From the NCBI GenBank assembly GCA_044892505.1, contig CM097882.1, forward strand, positions 496,620,001-496,684,000: 64,000 nt of DNA, given 5' to 3'. Origin of the DNA: Schmidtea nova (Eukaryota). Positions 12,800 through 24,879 of this stretch are shown piece after piece. A model generated the notes under the pieces. The model searched no databases, was not told where the DNA came from, and saw only the letters and a list, made by a program, of their open reading frames with translations. The position numbers and the translations under genes are program-made. Each line of letters opens with the position of its first letter. The first letter of the stretch is position 1.

Positions 12800-15612
12800 G
12801 ATTCCAGCTCATCTATTGATTTTCTTGTCGATTCCGGCTAGTCATTTTCAATCCTTCCAACAACTTTCACACCAGATTTCAAATCTCCGTTCGCTGTCTT
12901 AGCCGCCAAAAGCACGCCGAGTCAATTTTTGGGAACAAAAAAAACTTTCATTCACAATACCAACATTAGACTCAACTTTCATTGACATTTTCCACATATC
13001 AGACACGATCCACCCACTACTAGGCTCCGATTTCTTATGCAAACAATCCATCATGGTAGATTACAAAAACCGCAAGTTGTTCACTTTAAAACAAGACATC
13101 GACTAAACATTAAAAAATTCATCGTCGAATGTAGCATCAGTCTCGACCCAGACATTACCAGTGACACAACTAAACTCGATTCAACAGATTTTTACGACGG
13201 AAAAGGCTTAACACACATTGCACATCAACCAATCAGTTAATCCAGATACAATGCACGACATGATCAAAATTATTACTAACAAATATCCAAATCTCATCAC
13301 TTAATCAACTACCATACCTCCCACTACCCTGTCGACTCACTTTATTCACACATTACCATGCATACCACAACACAATCGAGCCAGATCTCTCTCTTCCACC
13401 AAACTCGACGCTTTCAAAGCTGAATTCGTTATTCTAGAAAACGCGGGCATTATACGTATTGGGCTTCACCAATAGACGTAGTCACAAAAAAAGATGGATC
13501 ATTTAGACCTTGGTGAGATAATCGACAACTCAATCAACTAACTGTGCACGACGCATACCCAATGACACTCATAAAAGATGTAATAACACGCTTTTCTCAA
13601 TCTACCGTGTTCTCAACTATAGACCTCTCAAAAGCATACCACCAATTTCCCATTCATATCGACAACGTCCCAAAAAAAGCCATCACTACACCATTCGGAA
13701 ATTTGGACTATATGGTCTCAGAAATGCAGCTCAGTCCTTAGGGCGTTTCATGGATACAATTTTTCGTGACGTTCCTAACACTTTCGCATACCTCGATGAT
13801 ATTATCCTTGCGTCATCTGATTGAGGCAGCCAGGCGGACGATTTACACACGGTCCTTGACATATTAAACAGCCACAATTTACAGATAAACGTGAATAAAT
13901 GTATTTTTTTATCAACTGGTCCGACAAAACATGTGAATCATTCAAAAAAGTAAAAGGCGCTCTAGCCAAGGTCAACACTCTTCACTACCCGCCTCACGAC
14001 CTTCCATTCACCCTGACAACTGATGCATCCAATATTGCTGCAGGCGCAGTCCTTCACCAAATTAAGGACAGTATCTCACTACCCGCCTCACGACCTTCCA
14101 TTCACCCTGACAGTATCTTCACTACCCGCCTCATGACCTTCCATTCACCCTGAGAACTGATGCATCCAATATTGCTGCAGGCGCAGTCCTTCACCAAATT
14201 AAGGACAGTATCTCACTACCAAAAGAATTATTTCGAGAAAATTCTCATTGGCAGAGTCAAAATACAGTGCATTCGACAGAGAATTACTTGCTATTTTTTT
14301 GGCAGTCAAACATTTCAGTCACATTGTAGAAGGAAAGCAATTCACAATCTTTACTGACCACAAACCTCTCATCCATTGCCTCACCATGAAATACCCATCG
14401 AACAGAGTACACCGTCAGATAACATACCTATCAACTTTCGACATTAAGTTCATTTACGTTTCGGGTAAAGATAACGTAGTCGCCGATTATCTTTCTAGAA
14501 ACATTTCTGCATCAATTTCATCTACCCCGGTGTTTACCCAACAAATTCTTCGTTCAACTCCACCAATTACAGCTGATCTTGTCCGTTTTAAAAACTCGCT
14601 CGAGATAATTGACGGTATACATTACGACACAACGTATAAAAACACTCTCAGACCAATTTTACACTCGTCACTTAGAAAAGAAGCATTATTCGCTATTCAT
14701 AATCTGCATCACCCAGGAAAAAAGTCCAAATACCACCTCATACGACAAAAAATCACCTGGTTCTCATTATTCAAAGACATAAAACAGTGGGTTTCGGAAT
14801 TTTAAGGCTGCCAACAACACAAAACGAACAAACATACTAAACCACCAATCACACCATTCCCAATTGGTTCAAGATTCGACATACTCCACATCGACTTAGT
14901 AGGCAAACTTCCCGCTGACGATAGATTCTGCTACATCCTGACAATGATCGATAGGAAAATACGGTGGTTTCAAGCCGTCCCAGTTTCCGACATCTCTGAA
15001 AAAACGGTCGCACACGCCTTAATATCCACCTGGTTTTCACGTTATGGAATTCCAACCGCCATAATCACAGACTAAGGAACACAATTCGAATCAGATCTTT
15101 TCGAACAGTTCACCACCATTTACGAACCAGATCATATCACTCACAAACAAACGGTCTTGTAAAAAGCACCCATCGTACTTTAAAGTCATTCCTCAGAATA
15201 CTCTCGATGACAACTTCATGGACCAAAGCATTACCATTCGTCTTGCTTGGTTGACACAACACACCCAACCGCTCAAGTGGCGTGTCACCTTCACAACTTT
15301 TATTCGATTAAACACCTTCATGTCCAATGAACTCATAGACCTCCAGAAAGACTCGCCACTAGAGGAGATCAACCTCACCCGCAATCATTTTCTGAGTCTT
15401 GATACAAACCCATCTTTCACATACTCCACTTCATACCAACCGTTTATACCACAATCACTTTCTTCCGCCACCCACGCATGAATGAAGACAATTGACTCAT
15501 CAAACTTCAAAATTAGATACAAAGGCCCTTTTCGCATCATCGAACTATACAAAAACACGGTGAAACTAGAAATTGATAACAATCACATTATGGTCCACCT
15601 ATCACGATTATA
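12800..15612 (+). pseudogene. pol (PR-RT-RH-IN), disrupted
   Basis: FLVDSG*, DAYP, FSTIDLSKAYHQ, AITTPFG, YLDD, RNase H and integrase motifs are spread across frames. Part of RT is deleted and part of RNase H is tandemly duplicated. Confidence 0.9.
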
Positions 15613-15884
15613 ATCCTTTTGCACCCTTGAGTGTGACGAACTACCAAATTATCATATCACAAAAGAAAATCTTATAGAGGAAGACATTCTAGAAGGCACG
15701 GAACAACTGATGACTCTTACAAACACGTCCAATTTCCTACGTCCTCAAGACAACCCGCTATTCTTTTCAAGACGAGCACACAAACTCCCTCAATACCTCG
15801 TCAATTATGACCTTCAGTGACTTAATCAACACTTTAGCCCCTTTTGTAGCTTAGAGACGCTCCGCGTACTTCGGCGGGGGCTAA

Positions 15885-16228
15885 TATAGTGCCTTTAATT
15901 ATAAATTTCTTTTTTTTAATTAATTAACTTATTAAATAATTATTGAATGAGAGATTTAAATGGTATTGTTTTAATATTTACTTTTTTCAACATACTTTTT
16001 CAAATAAATCCAACATGATCCAACAAGAACTTGTTATTTTTAATTCAAAATCAAGAAAGAAGTCAAATGAAATACTTTCAAATCCAAAAGTTGTGACGAA
16101 TCAGAGATCTGTGGAAATACCGAGTGAAAAGAAGCTATCTGAATCGAATACTTATAAACTATTGGATCGTGTCAATAATAATCATCAGTCATTGAATACG
16201 GGAATTCTTTCATCTTCATCTCAGTTAT
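15885..16228 (+). repeat. 3' LTR, truncated by Penelope fragment
   Basis: Follows the G-rich tract CGGCGGGGG (15872-15880). Matches 10722-11067, then switches to Penelope sequence. Confidence 0.85.
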
Positions 16229-16790
16229 AGAAAGTCGACTGATACTAGCCTGAATACTACTCCTGAGAGTTTTTGTGAATTTAAATGTAAGAGGAATATG
16301 GTTACAGGATTGGTGTTTCGTGCTTGGTCCTTATCTGCTACGTTTGTTAATTCAGTAAAAGTTATTGGTGCCTTGGTTGAGTTGTTTCTTAAAAATGGTT
16401 ACTCTAAATCTTTTCTTGAGAAAATTTCAAAAGTGACTGTGGATAAGTTAGTGATGAATTCTAAATATTTTTGTATGGGTGTGTCTGAGGTATCTATTGA
16501 TATTGATAAAAGTACTTTATTAATTTCGGAAAGTGACAAAATTCAATCTTACCACACTGAGCCGAAATATATGTTGGTATTGCCTTATTCTTAGGGCTTC
16601 AGAGAATTTAAGTATAAGATTCTCAAGCATCTAGACAAGGATCAATTTAGGATTGTTTCCAAGTCTTGCAAAGTTAGGAGTATGTTTTCTAATAAATGTC
16701 CAACGCCACTCGGTTTGTGTTCTGAGCTCGTGTATCAATTTTCATGTAATAGATGCATTATCACATACATTGTCGAGACTGTCCGTCATA
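16226..16790 (+). mobile_element. Penelope-like element fragment (RT thumb plus start of GIY-YIG)
   Basis: YRKSTDT..., LVFRAW, LFLKNGY, LVLPY, LVYQFSCNRC..TYI.ET.RH. Confidence 0.8.
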
Positions 16791-17260
16791 TTAATAGATT
16801 TTTCCTCTTATTGTCTGCATTTTATATTTAAATTTTCCAAACCTCTATATTTGAATTTTTTTGAATTTAATTATATCTCTTTGAAATGCCCTTGTATTCA
16901 CTGTACTATCTCTTTTCTTCGTTTTCTTCATTTTGTCTTTATAAAGCCACATGTTTTTAACACAATAGTAAGTGTGCGATTTCGCTGACTTCCTCTTTAG
17001 TGTTAATTTTTGGGTGTTTGTCTCTAATGAGAATAGCTTCTTTAAGTCTGAGATTTCTTTCGTCATTTTCGCTTGTCAAAATTCTCACTGTTATTAATTT
17101 TTCCTTATTTTCTGTCTGACATTGTTGAAGATGTCTATATACAGATGACTTTCCACCGAGATCAAGATCTTCCTTAATTCTCTGATGCAAAGTCTCAAGG
17201 GTGCTCCCGATATAAATTTCTTCGCACTTATTACACATGATGCTAATCAAAATATATTAA
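16791..17260 (-). mobile_element. Penelope-like element 3' fragment (GIY-YIG endonuclease)
   Basis: ORF 16957-17250: CNKC..IYIGST...L.QRIKE, SSVYRHL, LKEAILI, P.IN. Confidence 0.85.
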
Positions 17261-17339
17261 TCAAATATATTAATTTTTTTCGATTTTTTTCAAAACATTA
17301 AGAATAACATGGTTAATTTAAAGCCCACGCACAATTTAC

Positions 17340-17830
17340 ACATAAAAAAGGTCGACTTGGGAAAATTCCAAACATATAAAAATGGTCAGAATTAAATAAT
17401 TTCTAACTAAATCAACGGAAAATTGAACGACGAATGAAAAAAAGGTCAAAAAGTAGAAACATGAAAAATTGGTCTCGTCCTATCAAATTTTATACGTAAA
17501 AAGGGTTGACTTTCACAATTTCCAAAATTTTAAAAATGGTCAAAATTCAATTATTTTTATACCAATCTACTGAAAATTGAACGAGGAACAAAAAAGGGTA
17601 AAAAAGTAAAAACATGAAAAATTGGTCTTCATCCGATCAAATTTTGCACATAAAAAAGTAGACTCTCACAATTTCCAAAATTTTAAAAATGGTCAAAATT
17701 CAATAATTTTTATATGAATCTACTGAGAATTTAATGGCGAACAAAACACTGTGAAAAAAACCAAAACATGATAAATTGGTCTCATCCGACCAAGTTTTAT
17801 ATGTAAAAACCTTACTCTCACAATTTTCAA
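17340..17830. repeat. Tandem array, ~153 bp unit, about 3 copies
   Basis: AAATGGTCA(G/A)AATT recurs at about 17381, 17535 and 17688. AAAACATGAAAAATTGGTC recurs at the same period. Confidence 0.8.
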
Positions 17831-18359
17831 AAACTTAAACAAATAAACAAAATTATTTTTAACCTTTATGTATAGTCCTTGGATCTTTTTGAGAACTATT
17901 TCGAACAAATAAACTAAAGAATAAATTATTATAAAAAAATACTCTTACTTTTAGACATTTTCAAATCTTTGCAATCAAGTACTAACTATTAATACAAACA
18001 ATATTTATTTAATTAATTAATGTATTTATTTCATTAATTATATTTTCACATAATTTTTATAATTTTAAATTTTAATTCCAACAGAAAACCTTTGTCGCTC
18101 CAAAATAGATTAATACACATGGCAATAAATTTCTGTAGGTGTAATGACGGTAATATTTTGGGATTGAACCATAAACTAATAGCTCTAAATCAGTTAACCA
18201 ACAAATTAAGTACTCGCTAACCAACTACTTATACACACCGGATGACTCATAAATTACATCATCGATGACTCATTTCAAATTTGAATTTTATGACATTACT
18301 AGGTAGTTAATGGCTCTTTGGCGCACTTCAAATTCTACCCTTCCCCCTAGAAAAAAAAT

Positions 18360-18760
18360 GTTCTCTGCGTTAACGGGCCACTATGTTTTTCTGGCCATTT
18401 TTGTATTGTCGGTCTTTTGTACAGGTGCGTTAGCGGGCCATTATGTTTTTGGGTCGATCTTTTGTATTGGAAAATTTTTTTCGGTCTTTTGTACAGGGAT
18501 TTTGAGCTCCGAGATTTTTCTCGGGCAAAAAGAGACTCTGGTATTTTGTACATGGAATTTTGGTCGAGGTTTTTGTACAGCATTTTATACTCAAAGATTT
18601 TTCTAGGGCAAAAATGGATTCTGGTATTTTTGAATTAAATTACAAATTTTAATGGTAAATAAAAACACGTGTAAAATACATTGAAATTATTTTGAATAGG
18701 ATTTTCAAATCCCACAATTTCTCGGACAAAAAGAGACTCTAATAATTTTTATACAGAAAT
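18360..18760. repeat. Short GC-richer repeats downstream of pPolB (possible element terminus)
   Basis: GCGTTA(A/G)CGGGCCA twice; TTT(T)CT(C/A)GG(G/A)CAAAAA three times; TTTTGTAC repeatedly. Confidence 0.6.
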
Positions 18761-19174
18761 TTTCAAGAAATTTTTATGTTAAATAAAAACTCGTGAAAAT
18801 TTATCAAAATGTTAAATAGATTTAAATGGTTTTTATTTCTATGGTAAAATACAAAGACAAAAGAATGACATAATATTTAAAATTTAAGGAAAAAAAGGGT
18901 AGAATCAAGGCAATGTGAGAGTTGAAATGACACAATATTTAAAATTTATTAAAAAGGGTAAAATTAATTTTTTGGAGAAATCAGAGTTGGTAAATTTTTA
19001 AATATAAAATTAAATTCTTTTTCACAAAATGAAATTCTTTTTTTCACAAAATTCTTCCTTAAACCAATAAAAGTCTTAACTAATAAAAAGAAAAATTTTT
19101 AACTAATAAAAAGAAATATTTTTAACTAATAAAAATTTAAATAAATAAAAAGAAACATTTTTAACTAAATTTTA

Positions 19175-22091
19175 TTAAAATAAATCCTCTTCATCGTCTT
19201 CTTTTGTAACTTGATTAAATTCTCTGTCATCAATGTCTTTATAATGCCAGTATGCACAACTTTCATTTTTTTCCCACCCAAACCCTTTTATCATCATTAT
19301 TAGTTAGTGCAATTTTTGAATTTTTAAAGCTATATAACTGATGATTTTTTGTACCTATTCTAAATTGTGGTACACTAATCTCTGAGTTATTTAAATAACA
19401 TTTTACATATGAATCGTGGTCTATTTTAGTTTCCTTTAATGTTGCTCCCTTAGCTTTTGTAATATTAGTTTTACCCAACAAGCTGTAACATTTTGGTCTA
19501 AGGAAAATCCACTCATCATATCCTTCACCCTTACATTCATCTTTGAATTTCCCAATAACAGAATCCAATTTCTTGCTGTATAGTGGGTGATCAGTTGGAT
19601 AATTTGATGTATCTAACAAGTTATCATTTTTCATTTCATTTAATAATATTTCTAATTTTTAATTTCTAGAAAAAACAAATCTGTATCGCCTGCTACGATA
19701 TTTATCTGACAACTATATTTGTCGAGATATTTTTGTAAATCTTTGCATTGTAATTCGTACATTCGAAGTTTTGATAAATCAAGCACTGATTGTCTAATAT
19801 AACTCGGTCTATCTAATCAAATCGAATCTGGATTTAATAAAGCAGCAACTAAATTATCGTCGATTTTAATAGATTTTTTGAAAGAAGGTTTTGATGTATA
19901 TTTAACTAGTTTTTTCTCCGTTGAACATAATTTTAAATTCATTCTTCTTTTAAGATTTTCCACTATTTTGCCATACAGACTATTATTGAGTAATTTGAAA
20001 AAGTTTTTATCTAAAGTATTAGTACTTTTCGCCCGCAATTCAGTGTTGGTGTCTATATATATTTTGAAAATTGGAGATTGTTCAAATTTAACTGCTCTAT
20101 TTACCTTTGTGACTTTAACACCAAGTTCTAAATATAATTGAATTAATCGCCAATGAATTATATAATTATTTTTAGGGTAATGAGTCAATAGTAATTTTTC
20201 TACTTTTGAACCTCGTGGTTTCATTTTTTCTGCAGCTACCGGGAAATCATCCAAGAAATCATGAATTTCAGGAGGTATTTCCAAATCTACTTCTAAGGTG
20301 TAACCGTATGATATAGATTCAAGATTTAGATTAATACAGTCATGCAAAATATTATCTAAATTATCCGTCACCCAACTAAATGTTCGTAAGGTAAAGGTTC
20401 ACTTAAAGCCCATCCGTAAAGATTATTTATATAGATATACAATAATTCTGTATTTTCATCGGTTTTAACGAAGTTTTTATTTACAAAAGTTAAACCTCCT
20501 CGAATTCCCCCTTCATAAAAGCTAAACATTTCATTTTCTGTTATTAATTCTATTGGTTCATCTAAAGTCATTAAAGAAGATGACCAAGACATGCCAGGAA
20601 TACCGAAGTAATTCAATGGCTCTAATCTATTGTGAGCTATAGATTTGGTTCGAAATTGCTGAATGAAATCAGCCAAAAGAAAGCAATCAAGTTTCAAATA
20701 AGTCATCATATAATCTAAAAGAGTAACACAGTTTGTTTCTGTCCAAATCAGTTGTGCCTTTTCATATTCTTCTTTTGAAACAACTTTCCAGATTGGTGGT
20801 AACTCATAAGTATTCTCAAGTACTTCTAAACTTGTAGCAAAGCTATATGGAAAAATACCCTTTTCAGAAACAATAGTTCCATTAAAAACCGAATTTGCCA
20901 AAGGTAAAGATTTCAACGTTTTCACTGCCTTTGCCAAAGAATCATTCACAAACTGGTATGAGTCTATAAATCTTAAACTAATCTTGCCAACCTGAGCTAT
21001 CAATGAAATAAAATTTTCAGTTGTAATAGGTATACAACCCAATGACCAATTCTTGAACTTATTTAATCCGTGTTTAAGAATATGGTGCATATCGTATCCT
21101 TTCAAGTTATGAAAAACTATTGGTAAAAACGATAATTTATTTTGTTAAACCATTTATAAACAAATGCTTTGGTGACAATTCATTAAACGTTTTAAATTTA
21201 TAATAGGTACATAATGATATTTTTACCCTACATTTAATAACAATAAATTTATAGTTTTTCCTTCTATTACTTTTGACCGATGAATAATATCCAAATGAGG
21301 ATGTTTTAAAATATAATCATCTTGCTCTTCATTAGTTTTATTATTATAACATAGTACATTTATGATCAATCTTGGATTCTTTGCCTCGAATTTTCTGATA
21401 CTATTTAATTTCATTGGCATGTCTGATATATCATATTTAAGCTCTGACAAAAAATTTGTATATTATTATACTCTTTCTCTATCTCTAGATATTAAATCAT
21501 ATTTTAATATAGCTAAAATGCTATATAAAAAACATAAATTGTCCTTATTATCGATGTTTAATATACATCTCTTTCCTTTTAATCCTTCAGGAGTTTTTTA
21601 ATGCTTCTAGCTGCTCACCTACTTATATTGGATATCTTAATTACAACAAAACTTATTTCATTAATACGATTAAGTACCCAACTGCTACCTAATTCCGCAA
21701 ATGAAGTTATCTTTTCATTCAATTTTTTAATTCCCTCTTCGAAAAATGTCTGTGTCAGAGGTTTTGCACTATTGGAAATATTGTTTCTTTTAATTTCTCC
21801 ATCTTTCTCAAATTCAACACAGATACCAAATTGTATCTTCACATAGCCTATTTCGTTAATTATTTCTATTAATTTATTAATTAATGATTGTGGAAAAATA
21901 ATTTGCTTTATATTTAAATCACTAGTGTCAATTTTTAAAATCCTATGCGATCCATTTAAATCACTTTCAATGACAGAGAGAGGTTCTATAACACTTCCTC
22001 CAGTTTGATAAAATCCAACGTTCCAAAAATCTTCAATCTCTTCGACCGCTTCAATTAAAATCTTGTTTTCATCCGTTTCGTCCGCTTCCAT
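19175..22091 (-). pseudogene. Polinton/Maverick-type protein-primed family B DNA polymerase (TP-vOTU-exo-pol), disrupted and internally deleted
   Basis: KIQFGICVEF..GSSWVL, NIDNKDNLCFLYSILA, YHYVPI, IVFHNLKGYD, FIDSYQF, KGIFPY, DCFLLAD, IRGG, NNLYGWAL, YTLEVDL, KLLNNSLYGK, GDTD-like remnant, FLRPKCYS, KAKG, DDKR. Multiple stops and frameshifts. Confidence 0.9.
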
Positions 22092-22151
22092 CGCTTCTAA
22101 TAAAATCTTGTTTTCAATCTCTTCTTGTAAATTTTGTGATTTCTTGATTAT

Positions 22152-22864
22152 TTATTTGTTCAATTTAATCTGTTTATTATTTGTAGGGTTTTGAGTCAAG
22201 TTTGGTCTTTTAAATAATTTTATTTTCTTAGACCTATATTCATTTAAATGATCCTTATGTTCATCGTAAAAATTTTTATATGTAAGGGGTTGGGAAGTTT
22301 GGCATACGGGACATATATAATAGCGAATTTTATAATAAGAGTGTCCATAATATTGCTCCATTGATCGATGACAATTATCGTTGTGGTCAGTTGAAAAGCA
22401 ATAATTTGGGTATAAAGCACCTATGAATTTAAAGTAATGTTAAAAGAAATAATAATATTATTATCAAAAATATATAATTACAAATATTTTACTAAAGTTA
22501 TTTACTAAATTAATTAAAATAACTATCAAAATATAATCAAATTAATTAAAATTAATCTATACTTACATTGAACATTCAATACCACATCAGGTATAACTCC
22601 ATTATTCATAATATTCTCATTATTAATAATCTCAGCTTGTAAGGTAGTTTGTTCAGTCATATTTACATCACCTAAAGTAAAAGTTAAATAATTTACTAAC
22701 TTAATGATTAAGTACCATTCTCTTCCGCATTTTCTAACATCGAATTCCCAATTGAATTATTGATATTACCTAAATTAATACTAAATGATAATAAATTAAA
22801 AAATAAATTTACCATTTTCTTTTCCACTTTGGTTTTCGTTCATAAAACTTGTTATAATGTTCAT
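22152..22864 (-). CDS. Four-exon 159-aa Cys/His-rich protein (putative zinc finger) upstream of pPolB
   Basis: Exons 22864-22813, 22769-22716, 22671-22567 and 22420-22152 are joined by phase-1 GT-AG introns of 43, 44 and 146 nt. They give a 480-nt uninterrupted ORF with YICPVC...F..EHKDH. Confidence 0.7.
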
Positions 22865-23429
22865 TTTAAATGTTTATTATTTGTTAAAGTGAATAATGAA
22901 TGAAAAAGTATTGTTTATATATCAAAGTTATTACACACATTACCTTTGACCAATAAAAATCGAGTAAGGGGTAGGAAATTTATTCTTATCAGCCAATCAG
23001 AATCGAGTAAGAGGCAGTAAAGGTATTATTATCATCAAATCAAGTTCAAGAAAATGATAGAGAATTATGACTAAATATATATTACGTTGCAGTATTTTAA
23101 AAAACTTTAAAAGTTATTTCAGCAAATTATAATTTACATCAAATTTATAAAAAATTTCAATGAATTGCATACATGTCATAATATTAAAATTATTAGACTA
23201 AATATTTCAGTGAATTACATCTAAATTATATTACATTTCAATAATTACGTCAGTTATAAAAATTATTTTAATTAATTTTGATAAAATACGTTAGAATTAT
23301 CAATAACACACACAAAACTTTTATAATTTTCATTAGTATATGATAGAAAATTAAATTATATCTACACATGATTACAATAAATATTTGATAAATCTATGAT
23401 AAATAGCCGAAAAAATCCAGCATTTTATT

Positions 23430-24070
23430 ACAAAACACGTGTGCATCACAAACATATCGATATACCTCATTTTTAATAAAGCTATTTTGTAGGCAATTAA
23501 AATTTATCTATATGTAATTACAATGAAAACTCACTAAAGTTATTTTAAATAGCTAAAAATTACAAAATACGACAACTTTCATATTTCTAATCAAGCCATT
23601 TTGTAGAAAATTAAATTTTATCTCTACAGTATTACAATGAAAACTTATTAAAAATTACTTTATATAGACGAAATATGGAAATTTAAGTACATGTGTGTGC
23701 ATTAAAACACACCAACAAACTAATTTTCTAATCAAGCCATTTTATAGGAAATTAAATTTTACTTATACTTTATTACAATGAAAAATACATAAAGTTACTT
23801 TATATTGTTAAAAATTTGAAAATTCAAAATAAAACACGTGTGCATCGCAGAATACGACAACCTTCAGATTTCTAATAAAGCCATTTTGTAGACAACTAAA
23901 TTTTATCTATACAATATTACAATGAAACCCCAAAAGAGTTATTTTATTTAAGTGAAATATACAAATTTAATTAAAAACACGTGTGCACAACACAATACGC
24001 AACAATTTAAATTTTGGATAAAGCCATCTTGTAGAGAATTAAATTCTGCCTATACATTGTTACACTGAAA
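23430..24070. repeat. Tandem array, ~143 bp unit, about 5 copies
   Basis: AAGC(C/T)AT...GTAG..AATTAAA.TT...TTACA.TGAAA recurs at roughly 123-144 bp spacing. AAACACGTGTGCA is present in several units. Confidence 0.8.
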
Positions 24071-24257
24071 ACCTGATCATATCCAGATAAAATGTCAAAA
24101 AGTACGTGAGAAAAAACGGGAGAGTAGGAGGAAGTGTGGACGGGAGGAACATATTTTTTTTTGAAAAAATTTTAAGTTTTTTGAAATTTTTGAAATTTTG
24201 TCAAAAAATTTGAATTTTTAAAAATTTTGAAAAAAAAAATTTAATAACTCATCGTTT

Positions 24258-24782
24258 TCAAAAAAAATCTGCACTGACCACGTTTCTTGAGACTAACGCC
24301 ACGGAATTATATTCCATTTGCATCATCGACCTTGCCTGATGCACAACCTCGTCCATTGTCATTGTTGTAATCTTGGAACTGGCCCTGAGAAATTTGGCTA
24401 CCTCTGATGAAAGACCAGTAATAAATGCACATCTCAGCGTATCATCCCCATTGATGTTTGCCAACGAAAGTAATCGGAGTAAATTTGCCAAGAAATCGTC
24501 TACCGGTTCGTTGCACCACCTTCTGTTTCGAAACAATTCGAAAGCAGTAAAACAGTCCATTGAATATGCACTAATTAGTGCATTTTTAATAGCTCCGGCA
24601 TTCTTCTTCTGATCTTCGGATAGGTTTTGGTAAACTGCGAATGCTGCAGCATTGAGAAACAAAAGAAGGACATCAGCGATCTCGTCCACCTTCTGTAGCT
24701 TAGACACTAGTTTCACCTTCATCAGCCATTGAATTACATCTCCATCTCCAGAGAATACCGAGATTGATTTTAATTTGTCCAT
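24258..24782 (-). mobile_element. Truncated Ty3/gypsy-type gag ORF (174 aa)
   Basis: FSGDGDVIQWL.KV.LV.KLQ, LFL...AFAVY, EPVDDFLA.L.RL, AFITGL. The ORF ends at a junction with a T/A low-complexity tract. Confidence 0.75.
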
Positions 24783-24797
24783 TTGGCCCGGATATCT

Positions 24798-24879
24798 TGA
24801 AGAGAAGACAAATCTAAATTAACGAGATTAATGTTTATTACTAATCAAAATCACTATTTATAAGTAAATATATGTTACA
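24798..24879 (-). repeat. Putative short LTR (82 bp) upstream of gag
   Basis: Minus strand reads TGTAACA...TATAAATA...AATAAA...CTCTTCA and ends 16 nt before the gag ATG. No second copy is present in the window. Confidence 0.5.

Larger units (their letters stand above)
10722..16228 (+). mobile_element. Ty3/gypsy LTR retrotransposon, degraded
   Basis: Direct terminal repeats, PBS, gag, PR (FLVDSG), RT (AYLDD), RNase H (LTTDAS, FDRELLAI, TDHKPL) and integrase (HHPG..C, HIDLVG) in gypsy order, then a purine tract. Many stops and frameshifts. Confidence 0.93.

Noticed and set aside
17340-24070. Tandem arrays considered as CRISPR-like
   Set aside because: Units are long, diverged along their whole length and lack unique spacers; the context is eukaryotic with no cas genes.
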